The translations under genes were made by a program, and so were the position numbers. Below the pieces are notes generated by a model. The model was not told the DNA's origin. It did not search any database and saw nothing but the letters and a program-made list of their open reading frames with translations. A stretch of 64,000 bases of DNA from Gammaproteobacteria bacterium (GTDB lineage: Bacteria > Pseudomonadota > Gammaproteobacteria > CAJXQU01): the NCBI GenBank assembly GCA_965238175.1, contig CBDEGZ010000003.1:1984001-2048000 (forward strand), in the 5' to 3' direction. This document shows positions 39,956-49,321 of the stretch, one piece after another (position 1 is the first letter of the stretch; each line of letters opens with the position of its first letter).

Positions 39956-40375
39956 ATGATATCGAGAAAAATCACAATTCAAAGCGCAAAAATCAAGATC
40001 GAACATGAGAATTGTTCTGATCCTAGTTGCTATCGTGATAAAGAAATATTTATTGAATCTAATAATCCTGATAACAACACACTGTCCACGATTACTTTTA
40101 ATGAACACCTAAAAATCTATGTGTTCTGGGAGTCGTTTTCGTCAGCCGAATTTTTTGATGTTCTTTATGCGCCAGAAACTGGAGTATTATTTTTCGGGGG
40201 CGACTCAATTAGCGCTAGAGTTTGTACTAAAGAGAGTAAGCTTATTGACGTGGAATATGTTTGTCTTTTTTGGGGTTTAAGTCGGGAAAAAAATTACATT
40301 CTTGAAACCGGTGAACTTGATTGTTTCCTATATTCATTAGATGGTAAAAAGGTCTCAAGTACAGCAGTTCTATAA
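39956..40375 (+). CDS. Cassette: hypothetical protein, possibly 3'-truncated
   Basis: PETGVLFFGG, FWG, GELDC; the cassette start and end cores do not match. Confidence 0.65.
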   Translation: MISRKITIQSAKIKIEHENCSDPSCYRDKEIFIESNNPDNNTLSTITFNEHLKIYVFWESFSSAEFFDVLYAPETGVLFFGGDSISARVCTKESKLIDVEYVCLFWGLSREKNYILETGELDCFLYSLDGKKVSSTAVL

Positions 40376-40399
40376 ACCGAATAAAAACTCTAACTAAAT

Positions 40400-40457
40400 T
40401 TATAACCAATCATTCCACTTAACGGCGTTCCGCCGCAAGTGAATTCAACCGTTATAA
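40400..40457 (+). repeat. attC14
   Basis: TTATAAC...GTTATAA. Confidence 0.85.
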
Positions 40458-40951
40458 GGTGTTGTCTATTCAAGCACAAAAAAGATTAAAAGCAGTCATA
40501 TTTTTTATGCTTAACTCGTAGATAAATCGTGGAGGTAAGATAAAGCTTGGTTCTTTCAAAAAAACAGAATCATTCGTGCGAACAAAGAGGATTGTGATAC
40601 ATTTGAGAAATGAAATTTTATCTAGCAAATTTTCCTTCCTTGTGCTCATTGCTTAAAGACAGTAAAAAGTTTAGTCACGGAAAAACTGTAAAAAAGTAGT
40701 TTCAATAAAATAAACACTTAGTAAAAACAAAGGTCTTTTTATGATGTTACATCCTTTTTTAGTGGTTGCGTTGCTCTTTACTTGTTCTGTAATAGCAGCG
40801 GATCAGAAGCAGGTTGATCTTGTTTTACATGATGTGTCTATTAAAATGGATATTCCAGAAGGCTATATTGATTCCTCGGAGAAGAATGAACTTCCAAGTA
40901 GAATGCGATTACTAGAAACAAGAATGGTTGAACCTTGGAAAAAAGCAGGAG

Positions 40952-42056
40952 GGCGGTTTCAAGTTCCAAGTGCGCCATTAACGGCTTTCAAAAAGACCTC
41001 TTCCGGTGTTCGATAGTTGAGTGATTTACGAGGTCGTTGATTAATTAATGTAACGGCTTTTTTAATCTGCCTTTTTGTTACTTTACGGAAGTCCGTGCCT
41101 TTTGGAAAGTAACGTCGTAACAAGCCGTTGGTTTGCTCATTTGTACCACGCTCCCAAGGGGAGTATGGATGCGTAAAATAAACGGACATTTGTTTACTTT
41201 GTGCTATTTCATGATGCCGTACATTTTCACTACCATTGTCCAAAGTCAGTGTCTTACACAACGTCTCTGGAATGGATTTAAAACATTTCTTAGTGGCCAT
41301 GGTAAACGTATCTGCACAGCCATCCATTAATTTCTCAGCAAGCAAAAAACGACTCTTACGTTCGACATGCGTCGCTAATCCACCCCCGCCTTTGCATCCT
41401 TCAACCGTATCACCTTCCCAATCGCCCAGTCGGTTACGTCTGTCGACAACAGTAGGACGTTCTTCAATACAAACGCGGCCAGGGATATGGCTTCGCTTAC
41501 CTGCTGGGCGCTGTCGTTTACGTTTGTTATGTTGAGAGCTCAAGCAAGTATATAACTCACCTCCATCAAACGCATCTCGATAGATCCACTGATAAATACA
41601 TTCTGTACTGACGTACCTTTTAGTCGTTGTTCGTTTCAAATAACCGCTGATGGCATCGGGCGACCAATGTTGATGCAATGTTGATGTAAGTGTTTCTGAA
41701 CAAATTCGTAAAGAGATGCATTATCACGTTTTCGATAATGGCGAGCCTGTGTCTTACGAAGACAGGCTTGTCTATCAGCAAATTCGTTACAGTAAGATAA
41801 GTTTCGTAGGCGACCATTGCGTGTGACTTCTCGGGCAATGGTACTGTGGTGACGATTGAGACGTCGTCCAATGTCTCGATAGCTTAATCCCCAGTGCAAT
41901 AAATACATTAAGGTGTGACGTTCTTTTGCGCTAAAATGATGATAAGGCATGGCTTTTTCTCCAATAGAATAAGATCTCGACAATCTCATTCTAGCAAGAC
42001 GGAAAGTCATGTCTTTTTAATCACGGCTAGTGGCGCGCTTTGGAGTTGAAACCGCC
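40952..42056 (-). mobile_element. IS30-family insertion sequence with 3-bp target duplication GAG
   Basis: TIRs GGCGGTTTCAAGTTCCAAGTGCGCCA / TGGCGCGCTTTGGAGTTGAAACCGCC; GAG at 40949-40951 and 42057-42059. Confidence 0.93.
40959..41950 (-). pseudogene. IS30 transposase frameshifted by an 11-bp tandem duplication
   Basis: GDWEGDT, TLDNGSE, PWERGTNEQTNGLLR; CAATGTTGATG repeated twice at 41665-41686. Confidence 0.9.
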
Positions 42057-42605
42057 GAGAAGTTAATGAAACTATTTTTATTTATGGCCTTGGTTTGCGA
42101 GATGTGTCTGAGGAAATAAAACGACAAAAGTTTGATGAGTTATTTAAATTTACGATCGATAAAGTTAAATATAAAATTAAGGGAAAGGCGTGGAGCATGC
42201 CTAAAGGAGAGATTAATCCGGAGGTAATAAATGACCTTTATAAGAACTCATTAGCTAAAAACGCATCTGAAATATATATTACTGAAAATACTGATCGTAA
42301 GAAGTCGTATTTAATTAAAACGAGTATCGCATTTCCAGGGGTGGTAAGTTATCCAATGTTTGAAGAGGTTTCTTTTGTACGAGCTAACAGTCGATTTGTT
42401 ATATTCCAGACGATACGAGTTGATATTGGTGCTTTTGAAAAAAGCGACCAAGTAGAGAAAGAAGTTCAGATTACTGGAAAAACTTTGCGCGCTAGCATTG
42501 TTAAGCTATCTAAAACACGTTAAAACTTATATTTAGGAAGTTTTTCCTAAACGCTAGGCGTACTTGAGCTACGCAAACAGGGCAATAGCAAGTTGAATGT
42601 TTTGC

Positions 42606-42666
42606 CCTATACCAAATCACTTAAATCGGATACAGCAAGCTGCCCCACTTAGTTCAAATGTTATGT
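42606..42666 (+). repeat. attC15 (degenerate)
   Basis: CCTATAC...GTTATGT. Confidence 0.65.
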
Positions 42667-42676
42667 GTAAATAAAA

Positions 42677-43159
42677 ATGAGACCTAGCGTTTATTTATAT
42701 AAAGAAAGCATTGGCGGAGTCGAGCTTTATCTTGGAGAGTTCTCAACTCTTCAAGGACTTTCCCTTTTGGAGCCTGAAGCGGAGTTACAATTAACTAACC
42801 TTAGTGCAACTTGCTACAAAGAGTTTGGCTGGGCGACAGAGAGGGACCTTCCTAAATTGAGTAATGTTAAAGCAGTAATTGCCTTTCTTAAAAATGAAGG
42901 TAATATTGGTATTGTCGAATTCGAGTCGGAATTACCTAATATAGGATCGCTTAGTACACATGATGACGGAGAGTGCCATTTTAGGCTCAAATCAAAGTCT
43001 CTAGCTATTTCTATTCTTACACAGGTGGCACCTGAAAAAGAAAGAGACGTACTTATAAATCAGTTGCTAAACAATCAGGATTTTTATATTACTTGCGACA
43101 ATTCTGGTGTTATTAATAAATTTGGTAGTTTTGATGATTACTTGGCAAACAACACATAA
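42677..43159 (+). CDS. Cassette: hypothetical protein
   Basis: The ORF fills the cassette and stops in the next core; STHDDGECHF motif. Confidence 0.72.
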   Translation: MRPSVYLYKESIGGVELYLGEFSTLQGLSLLEPEAELQLTNLSATCYKEFGWATERDLPKLSNVKAVIAFLKNEGNIGIVEFESELPNIGSLSTHDDGECHFRLKSKSLAISILTQVAPEKERDVLINQLLNNQDFYITCDNSGVINKFGSFDDYLANNT

Positions 43160-43239
43160 TAAAACGGCCAATGATCGTACAGCAAAAACGCTGTGCTGGA
43201 CGCGCAAAAAGCCGCGAGTCCATTAGCAGGGAATTATGT
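43154..43239 (+). repeat. attC16 (both cores mutated)
   Basis: ACATAAT...ATTATGT. Confidence 0.65.
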
Positions 43240-43254
43240 GAAAAACGGAGAATC

Positions 43255-43473
43255 ATGACTTTTACTAGTTGTTCTAGATGCAATGAATCACTTCATTTGA
43301 AAATCAACTCGTCTGAAGCAGCCAATGAATTGAGGAGTAAAGAAGATTCTGGAAAAATTCTTTGTATTCGCTGTTTTAAAACTAACAGCGAATACGATGT
43401 GGTCGAGGTAATATCAGCTAATGAAAGTGTACTCAATGCCCAGATAGGCGATAAGGGTGCAGCCACCAAATGA
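43255..43473 (+). CDS. Cassette: small CxxC/CxxC Zn-finger-like protein
   Basis: GGAG RBS; CSRC and CIRC. Confidence 0.65.
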   Translation: MTFTSCSRCNESLHLKINSSEAANELRSKEDSGKILCIRCFKTNSEYDVVEVISANESVLNAQIGDKGAATK

Positions 43474-43480
43474 ATAAATC

Positions 43481-43546
43481 ACATAACAAAGTGTTGTTGT
43501 CGGAATTACTTGCTGGGCTCGCTCTCCGCAAAATGCGGCGTTTACT
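43481..43546 (+). repeat. attC17
   Basis: ACATAAC...GTTTACT. Confidence 0.78.
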
Positions 43547-43558
43547 ACCTGGGGACAA

Positions 43559-44098
43559 ATGTTAGCGACCAAAAAAATTCCACAGTATGGTGACGATGCT
43601 GAGGAGTGGCCGAGGTTCCTTTATAAGGCTACTAGAGGATCAGCAAAAGCGACTTACATACTTTCTGATGCAGATATGGCCTACATGGTTGATTTAACTG
43701 GTGACCCTGAGTCACCGTCTACTCTTCATTTAGGTGATTATAAGAAGCTATTTTGCAAATCGTTTCCGAAGCTTCCGCCTTTGGCCACTGCCCAGCAGGT
43801 CATTGACTACGGAGTAAGAAATGGGTGGTTTAATTCTGGCTTTACAGCTTCTCACACAGCACTTAAGAGTGATGAGGAATATACAAATGCATGGAGTCGT
43901 AACGTGGAGCTCAATTGGGTAACGCTGGTCAATGACGCTATCGTTAATTGCTTAGATAACTGGAATCCAGAAAAAGCGATAGAGTATCTAGATATATCGG
44001 AATTAAATTACGATTCTTGTAAGGTAGTATCTGGAATGATTTTTTTATCGCTATCCTGGCCTGTGCCTTGCGGTAGTGAACAAGGCAAGGCAATCTGA
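43559..44098 (+). CDS. Cassette: hypothetical protein reading into attC18
   Basis: 179-aa ORF with GGGG RBS. Confidence 0.62.
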   Translation: MLATKKIPQYGDDAEEWPRFLYKATRGSAKATYILSDADMAYMVDLTGDPESPSTLHLGDYKKLFCKSFPKLPPLATAQQVIDYGVRNGWFNSGFTASHTALKSDEEYTNAWSRNVELNWVTLVNDAIVNCLDNWNPEKAIEYLDISELNYDSCKVVSGMIFLSLSWPVPCGSEQGKAI

Positions 44099-44164
44099 CG
44101 GTTTAAAGCGTCTTTCCGCTTCACTACAATCAACTTTAAACCGCAGCTGCTTGCGACGTTAGGC
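44075..44164 (+). repeat. attC18
   Basis: AGTGAAC...GTTAGGC; CGGTTTAAAG/CTTTAAACCG pairing. Confidence 0.78.
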
Positions 44165-44170
44165 AAATAT

Positions 44171-44464
44171 ATGGTCGATCATCCTTTTCAGGAGAAGCCT
44201 GAAACAATTGTCTTAGTTTGCTGCCATCTAATGAATGGTTCCAGCTTACATTGGGTGCATCATTTACCTGACGAACAATGCGTTTGGAATTTGATGTGCG
44301 CCGAAGAGCATAAGCAATCTGATATGGTTGAAAAAACACTAGCTGAGGCGTATCGTTTATTTCCAGAAATTAAGGAGCTTTCGGACGTACCAAAAAATAT
44401 GGATGTATCTTTCAAAAAAGGTAAAACGTCTGGAAAATGGTATGACTTTCACCGTAGTAAATGA
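44171..44464 (+). CDS. Cassette: Imm33/DUF2185-like small protein
   Basis: VCCHL..G..LHWVHH.D...WNLMC..EH......L......PEIKELSDVP; family name from memory. Confidence 0.6.
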   Translation: MVDHPFQEKPETIVLVCCHLMNGSSLHWVHHLPDEQCVWNLMCAEEHKQSDMVEKTLAEAYRLFPEIKELSDVPKNMDVSFKKGKTSGKWYDFHRSK

Positions 44465-44473
44465 ATTCGGCAT

Positions 44474-44575
44474 GCCTAACAAATTGCTCCTACTGACATT
44501 TTTTCCGTTGCTTCTTTTGTGCGTAATCGCACAAAAGCATCCACTCCAAAAATTCAGCAGAGCAAGGCGTTAGGA
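44474..44575 (+). repeat. attC19
   Basis: GCCTAAC...GTTAGGA. Confidence 0.85.
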
Positions 44576-44579
44576 CATC

Positions 44580-44932
44580 ATGAATACAAGGTTAATAGCA
44601 CATGGCGAGGCCCAGTTTTGGGCACGCTAAGTCCTATATATGATTCTTTCCTGAAAATTGATGAGGAGTGCCCAGGCTCTTATAGTCTTGAATATGATTT
44701 ATCTCTCAGTAATGCAGCCGTATTAAAGGTCTGGTGCATAGATCTAAAGGCGGAGAAATTCATCCTTACAATTTATAACTTTGATGAAGCAATCTTGAAC
44801 ATAGAAAGCGCAGAGAAATTTATGCTGAAGCTGTATTACCTGATGGAAAACAATACCAGTTTAAACTTACCAGTGAGTAAGGTCAGTCCTAACAAGTGGG
44901 TCGTGTGGGACTGTGTTTGCCCCACACCCTAA
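44580..44932 (+). pseudogene. Cassette: hypothetical protein, probable frameshift near 44620
   Basis: ATG 44580 (MNTRLIAHGEAQFW) joins GTLSPIYDSF if one G is added to TTTTGGGCAC. Confidence 0.55.
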
Positions 44933-44941
44933 GCGTTATGC
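44887..44941 (+). repeat. attC20 (55 bp)
   Basis: TCCTAAC...GTTATGC. Confidence 0.82.
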
Positions 44942-44957
44942 ATATTAAGGTTAAATA

Positions 44958-45314
44958 GTGAGTCTTAAAAAAGAGATTGAAAGGTATTCAAAATTAAACG
45001 GCTATGTCATATCAAGCTACGATGATATTACTTGTGCCTGTGGTAATAATGATTTTCATCTCTACTCAGATGATGATGAAGGCGGATCTTTTATTGCATG
45101 TGTGGTCTGTAAAACCGAGTGTGATATAGAAAATAGTCGTGAGTATATTGAAGAAGCTAAAAATAATATTTGTAACTGTGATAATGACAGTTTACATATT
45201 GGTATAGGTAAAGCTTATTATCCAAAATCAAATGAACCTCGATGGGTTTATGTCGGGGCGCACTGTGCTAAGTGTGGGTTAGACGGTGTATACGTAGACT
45301 GGAAACAAAGTTGA
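44958..45314 (+). CDS. Cassette: multi-Cys putative Zn-ribbon protein
   Basis: CACG, CVVC, CNCD, WVYVGAHCAKCG..YVDWK. Confidence 0.75.
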   Translation: MSLKKEIERYSKLNGYVISSYDDITCACGNNDFHLYSDDDEGGSFIACVVCKTECDIENSREYIEEAKNNICNCDNDSLHIGIGKAYYPKSNEPRWVYVGAHCAKCGLDGVYVDWKQS

Positions 45315-45321
45315 TAAAAGT

Positions 45322-45402
45322 GCATAACAAACACATTAAAAACCGACCACAAAAAACGTGGGTTGGATTCGCTAACGCCCACCTTTTATATGGGCGTTAT
45401 AT
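45322..45402 (+). repeat. attC21 (last site)
   Basis: GCATAAC...GTTATAT. Confidence 0.85.
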
Positions 45403-45502
45403 TTTTGAGGTAGCTTCGCGTAAGTTTAGATGTTTTACAAAAGGATCAAAATCTTTATCGGTATACAATGGTGCCTTATGTTATCTAAATTAAAGTAGAC
45501 AA

Positions 45503-46666
45503 ATGCTTACTACACTTGCGATAAGTAATTATCGTTCATTGCTTAATCTCGCAATGCCATTGGATGAATTAAATGTAGTGACTGGAGCAAATGGTAGCGG
45601 TAAATCTAATTTGTATCGCTCACTCAGATTGCTAGCAGAAACCTCGCAAGGTGGTGTTGTAAATGCGCTAGCAAGAGAAGGGGGGCTTGGTTCAACTTTT
45701 TGGGCTGGGCCAGAAAAGATCACAAAAGGAATGCGCCGTGGTGACGTACCAATTCAGGGAACAAATAGATCATCTACTGTTCGATTGAAGTTAGGTTTTG
45801 CGAGTAAAGATTTTGGTTATGCCATTGAGCTTGGGTTACCAGAGCCTTCCAGTTCCATGTTCTCGCTTGATCCAGAAATAAAACGTGAATGTATTTGGGC
45901 AGGCCCAGTTTGTCGTCCTGCAAGTTTGCTGGTTGATCGAAAAGGTCCAATGCTTAAAGTTCGTTCAGGTAGAAGTTGGGAAGTTATTAATCAACACCTT
46001 AATACCTTCGATAGCCTTTTTATGCAGGCGGCAGATCCTGTTAAATCCCCAGAAATTTTTCAATTAAAGCATCTGATTCAGGACTGGCGTTTTTATGATC
46101 ATTTTCGTACTGATGCGGAAGCTCCAGCACGATTACCACAATTAGGTACACGGACTCCAGTATTACATCACGATGGTCGAGATCTGGCTGCCGCTTTGAG
46201 AACGATTATGGAAATAGGTGATCAAGAAGCACTCGGTGAAGCGATCAGTGATGCCTTTCCAGGTGCAAGACTTGAGATCACAAGTCAAGGAGATGGGCGA
46301 TTTGCTGTAGCACTTTACCAAGAAGGTTTGCTACGCCCTTTATCGGGATCAGAGTTATCCGATGGCACACTGCGTTACCTTTTATGGATAGCAGCTCTAC
46401 TCACACCAAGACCACCTTCGTTAATGATCCTTAACGAGCCAGAAACAAGTTTGCATCCTGATTTATTACCAGCCTTAGCTAGATTGATCATCAAAGCATC
46501 CGTTAATACACAAGTATGGGTGGTTTCTCATGCGAACAGGTTAATTGCAGCTTTGAATAAGGATCCCGAATGCCATTCTGTTGAGTTAGAAAAAGAACTA
46601 AGTGAAACACATATCGTTGGACAGTCTTTGCTTGTTGGACCTGCTTGGTCCTGGTCTGGAAAATAA
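45503..46666 (+). CDS. ABC/SMC-like AAA ATPase (COG4637-type)
   Basis: NYRSL, GANGSGKS, LSDGT, LNEPETSLHP, SH. Confidence 0.85.
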   Translation: MLTTLAISNYRSLLNLAMPLDELNVVTGANGSGKSNLYRSLRLLAETSQGGVVNALAREGGLGSTFWAGPEKITKGMRRGDVPIQGTNRSSTVRLKLGFASKDFGYAIELGLPEPSSSMFSLDPEIKRECIWAGPVCRPASLLVDRKGPMLKVRSGRSWEVINQHLNTFDSLFMQAADPVKSPEIFQLKHLIQDWRFYDHFRTDAEAPARLPQLGTRTPVLHHDGRDLAAALRTIMEIGDQEALGEAISDAFPGARLEITSQGDGRFAVALYQEGLLRPLSGSELSDGTLRYLLWIAALLTPRPPSLMILNEPETSLHPDLLPALARLIIKASVNTQVWVVSHANRLIAALNKDPECHSVELEKELSETHIVGQSLLVGPAWSWSGK

Positions 46667-46677
46667 CGAAATATTCG

Positions 46678-47682
46678 TCATTCAAGTAGTTCAAAATAAA
46701 CCAATAGCGTTCGCTGAAAAATATTTTTATTATCATCACTGATCATAAAATATTTATTATCTTTATGATGTGCGAGTCCTTCAAAATTATCTATCTGCCA
46801 GCCTTTGGTTGATTCAAAAAGAGCAATCGTTTCTGTTGGGAGAATTTGATCTTTTTTAGTTAAATCTATTCGTCGAATAATCGATTGAATTGGTGCAATT
46901 ATATTAGTGTATTTTCTTTCCAGGATTATTACGGTTCCATCATTCGCAATTTCAAGATCGGTTAAGGAACTATCTTTAGGATGTTGTGGTTTAAATTTCC
47001 ATTCACCACCTTTGAGATCAAAAATCGAACGTAAATGTCGAGGTGCATTATCCAATGCTAATTGAGGTGCGGTTAGCATTCCAAGTTTCGGGTGGATTAT
47101 GACGGATTCTAGGGCGGCATTTTTGTATTGAAAATCATCAATTTTATTTAATTCTTTTGGTAGTTTATATTCACCCAGCTTTTCTCCTTGTGGATTAAAT
47201 CGATGAATTCTTGGCTTAACCTCAAATGAGATTATTAATTCCGCATCACCTTTAATACGATTATTTCCATTTAAAATATCAAGACCTTCAGAATCACTTT
47301 TCTTCCCTTTAAGGTTCTTACCGTCATTGTTTTTTAATGGGTAAGAATTGATTAGATCAACATTATTTAATATTTCGTATTCGTTGTTATTATCTTCAGT
47401 AATAAAAGAAGGGCGAAGGTGTAATAGAAAACCTTTATCTGAGATTGCGTAAAGAAGCTTATCATCTTTATCCCATGCAAGTCCCGACAACCCATGTGCT
47501 GCATATCCATTTACAGAAACGCTCGATAGATTTAGCGTGCCCAATAAACGAATCCCCATAAATTGATCGCCGGTTTTAAACTCTTTCGACATTTCTACGG
47601 GTGAGCCTATTGGTGTTGCACTGATAGTGGATATGAAAGAATCAAACCCGATCAAAAATAAAACTAGAAGTGTTTTTTTCAT
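46678..47682 (-). CDS. Esterase-like activity of phytase family protein (exported)
   Basis: GLSGL, ISDKG, DSEGL, DNFEGL, ISDDN. Confidence 0.82.
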   Translation of the reverse strand: MKKTLLVLFLIGFDSFISTISATPIGSPVEMSKEFKTGDQFMGIRLLGTLNLSSVSVNGYAAHGLSGLAWDKDDKLLYAISDKGFLLHLRPSFITEDNNNEYEILNNVDLINSYPLKNNDGKNLKGKKSDSEGLDILNGNNRIKGDAELIISFEVKPRIHRFNPQGEKLGEYKLPKELNKIDDFQYKNAALESVIIHPKLGMLTAPQLALDNAPRHLRSIFDLKGGEWKFKPQHPKDSSLTDLEIANDGTVIILERKYTNIIAPIQSIIRRIDLTKKDQILPTETIALFESTKGWQIDNFEGLAHHKDNKYFMISDDNKNIFQRTLLVYFELLE

Positions 47683-48644
47683 TTTGACATTTCTGCAAAA
47701 GCAGTTTTTATCACATCTGTATTAGCATTTGGTTTATGCGCGTTTTCGCTAATGTAACGACGCCATTTTTTCGCACCTGGTTCGCCTTGAAACAATCCAA
47801 GAATATGCCGTGACATATGTTTTAGATGAACATTTTTTTTTATTTGTTCATCCATATAGTTTATTATTTTTTCGACCACTTCTTTTCGAGTATTATTTTC
47901 TACATTTTGATCGTTGTAAAAAATTTTATCAGCTTCCGAAAGAAAGTAAGGATTGTGATATGCCTCTCGACCGATCATTACGCCATCGACTTTGCCTAAG
48001 TGATCATTAATTTCTTTGATAGTTTTTATGCCACCGTTAATAATAATTTCAAGTTCAGGGAAATCTTTTTTGATCTGGTAAACAACGTTATATTGTAGTG
48101 GTGGAATATGACGATTTTCTTTTGGACTAAGCCCTTTTAACCAGGCTGTTCTTGCATGCAAAATGAAAGTTTCACATCCAGCATTTGCAGATTTTTTTAT
48201 AAACTCAAAAAGTTCTTCATAAGAATCGCGATCATCTATACCGAGTCGCGTTTTTACTGTTACTGGGAGTTGAGTGTTTTTCATCATTGCGTGAACACAC
48301 TCTGCAACTAAATTAGGCTCTGCCATTAAACAAGCACCAAAACGTCCAGACTGGACTCTGTCACTTGGACAACCTACGTTGAGATTAATTTCATCGTATC
48401 CATAGTCGGTTGCAATGGTTGCACATTCTGCTAATTGAACTGGATCACTACCACCCAATTGAATTGCAACAGGATGTTCTTCAGCATTAAAGTTTAAAAA
48501 ACGATCACGATCGCCATGAATGATTGCTCCGCTGGTGATCATTTCGGTGTAGAGCAAGCTGTGCTTTGTGATCAAGCGCATGAAGTAACGATAGTGACGA
48601 TCACTCCAGTCCATCATCGGGGCGATTGAAACAAAATTATTCAT
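47679..48644 (-). CDS. dusA: tRNA-dihydrouridine(20/20a) synthase
   Basis: APMMDWSDRH, NLNVGCPSDRVQSGRFGACLM, GLSPKENR. Confidence 0.95.
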   Translation of the reverse strand: MNNFVSIAPMMDWSDRHYRYFMRLITKHSLLYTEMITSGAIIHGDRDRFLNFNAEEHPVAIQLGGSDPVQLAECATIATDYGYDEINLNVGCPSDRVQSGRFGACLMAEPNLVAECVHAMMKNTQLPVTVKTRLGIDDRDSYEELFEFIKKSANAGCETFILHARTAWLKGLSPKENRHIPPLQYNVVYQIKKDFPELEIIINGGIKTIKEINDHLGKVDGVMIGREAYHNPYFLSEADKIFYNDQNVENNTRKEVVEKIINYMDEQIKKNVHLKHMSRHILGLFQGEPGAKKWRRYISENAHKPNANTDVIKTAFAEMSK

Positions 48645-49321
48645 AATGGGAATTGATAATTTTCTGCAAGTAGTGCAGCAGTAAAAGAAGTCCTCAGATA
48701 AAAACCTCTAGGCAGCGTTTTTACTGTATTTCCTGATTTTCCGGTAGCATCGGCAAGGGCATGACTATTTTCGGCCTTAGGTCTAATTTGTAATGCTTCG
48801 CCTAAATGGGCTGTGATTTGATCAAATTCACCTAGGCTGATCAGATCCATAAATTCTTCCCAGTCTGTTTTTAAAATTCTTTCTTGTTTAGAGTTGGGTG
48901 ACCATAATAGGGGTGATCCAATTTTACGTTGAGCTAATGTTTTTTTGTCATCGTATTCAATTGGGATCCATAGAACACGGGACAATTTTTTTTTAACTAA
49001 TGATGTTTCCCAAGTCATTCCTGTTGTATCTACCATAGGCACAGTACAAACGTGGGTTGTCTCCTTTGGTTTCATATTATTCTTGATTGGAATTGTTTTA
49101 AGTTCAACATTGATCAATTGGAAATCTGGCTCTGGTTTTGATCCGGCAGTTGCGCCTAAAGCTAGTTCTAATATTTCACCTATCCAACCTTTATTTCTGA
49201 GTAAGTTTTCGGGTGTTTTTTGATCTAAATTTTCTGCGAGTTGTTGAAGTGTAAGTCCCGCAATATTCCATGCTCGTTTTAACACTTCGCTCTCGCTTGT
49301 CGGAGGTGAAACTTTGATCAT
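48641..49321 (-). CDS. mutH: DNA mismatch repair endonuclease
   Basis: KGWIG..LE..LGA.AGSKPEPDF, VELKTIPI, LQIRPK, RGFYL. Confidence 0.93.
   Translation of the reverse strand: MIKVSPPTSESEVLKRAWNIAGLTLQQLAENLDQKTPENLLRNKGWIGEILELALGATAGSKPEPDFQLINVELKTIPIKNNMKPKETTHVCTVPMVDTTGMTWETSLVKKKLSRVLWIPIEYDDKKTLAQRKIGSPLLWSPNSKQERILKTDWEEFMDLISLGEFDQITAHLGEALQIRPKAENSHALADATGKSGNTVKTLPRGFYLRTSFTAALLAENYQFPL

Larger units (their letters stand above)
40741..42523 (+). pseudogene. Cassette: exported protein split by IS30
   Basis: Removing 40952-42059 gives in-frame WKKAGEVNETIFIYGLGLRDVSEE; signal peptide present. Confidence 0.85.
32638..45402 (+). mobile_element. Integron cassette array without integrase (CALIN), about 21 attC sites
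   Basis: RYYYAAC...GTTRRRY imperfect palindromes separating small co-oriented ORFs; no intI on either flank. Confidence 0.92.

Noticed and set aside
34178-44579. ORF-track starts at 34178, 34670, 43171 and 44519
   Set aside because: They begin inside attC sites; the real starts follow the GTTRRRY core
33024-45402. CRISPR array
   Set aside because: The repeats are variable palindromes separated by genes, and there are no cas genes; they are attC sites
45503-46666. AAA ATPase as a final cassette or defence system
   Set aside because: No downstream attC and no partner nuclease gene; treated as a stand-alone flank gene
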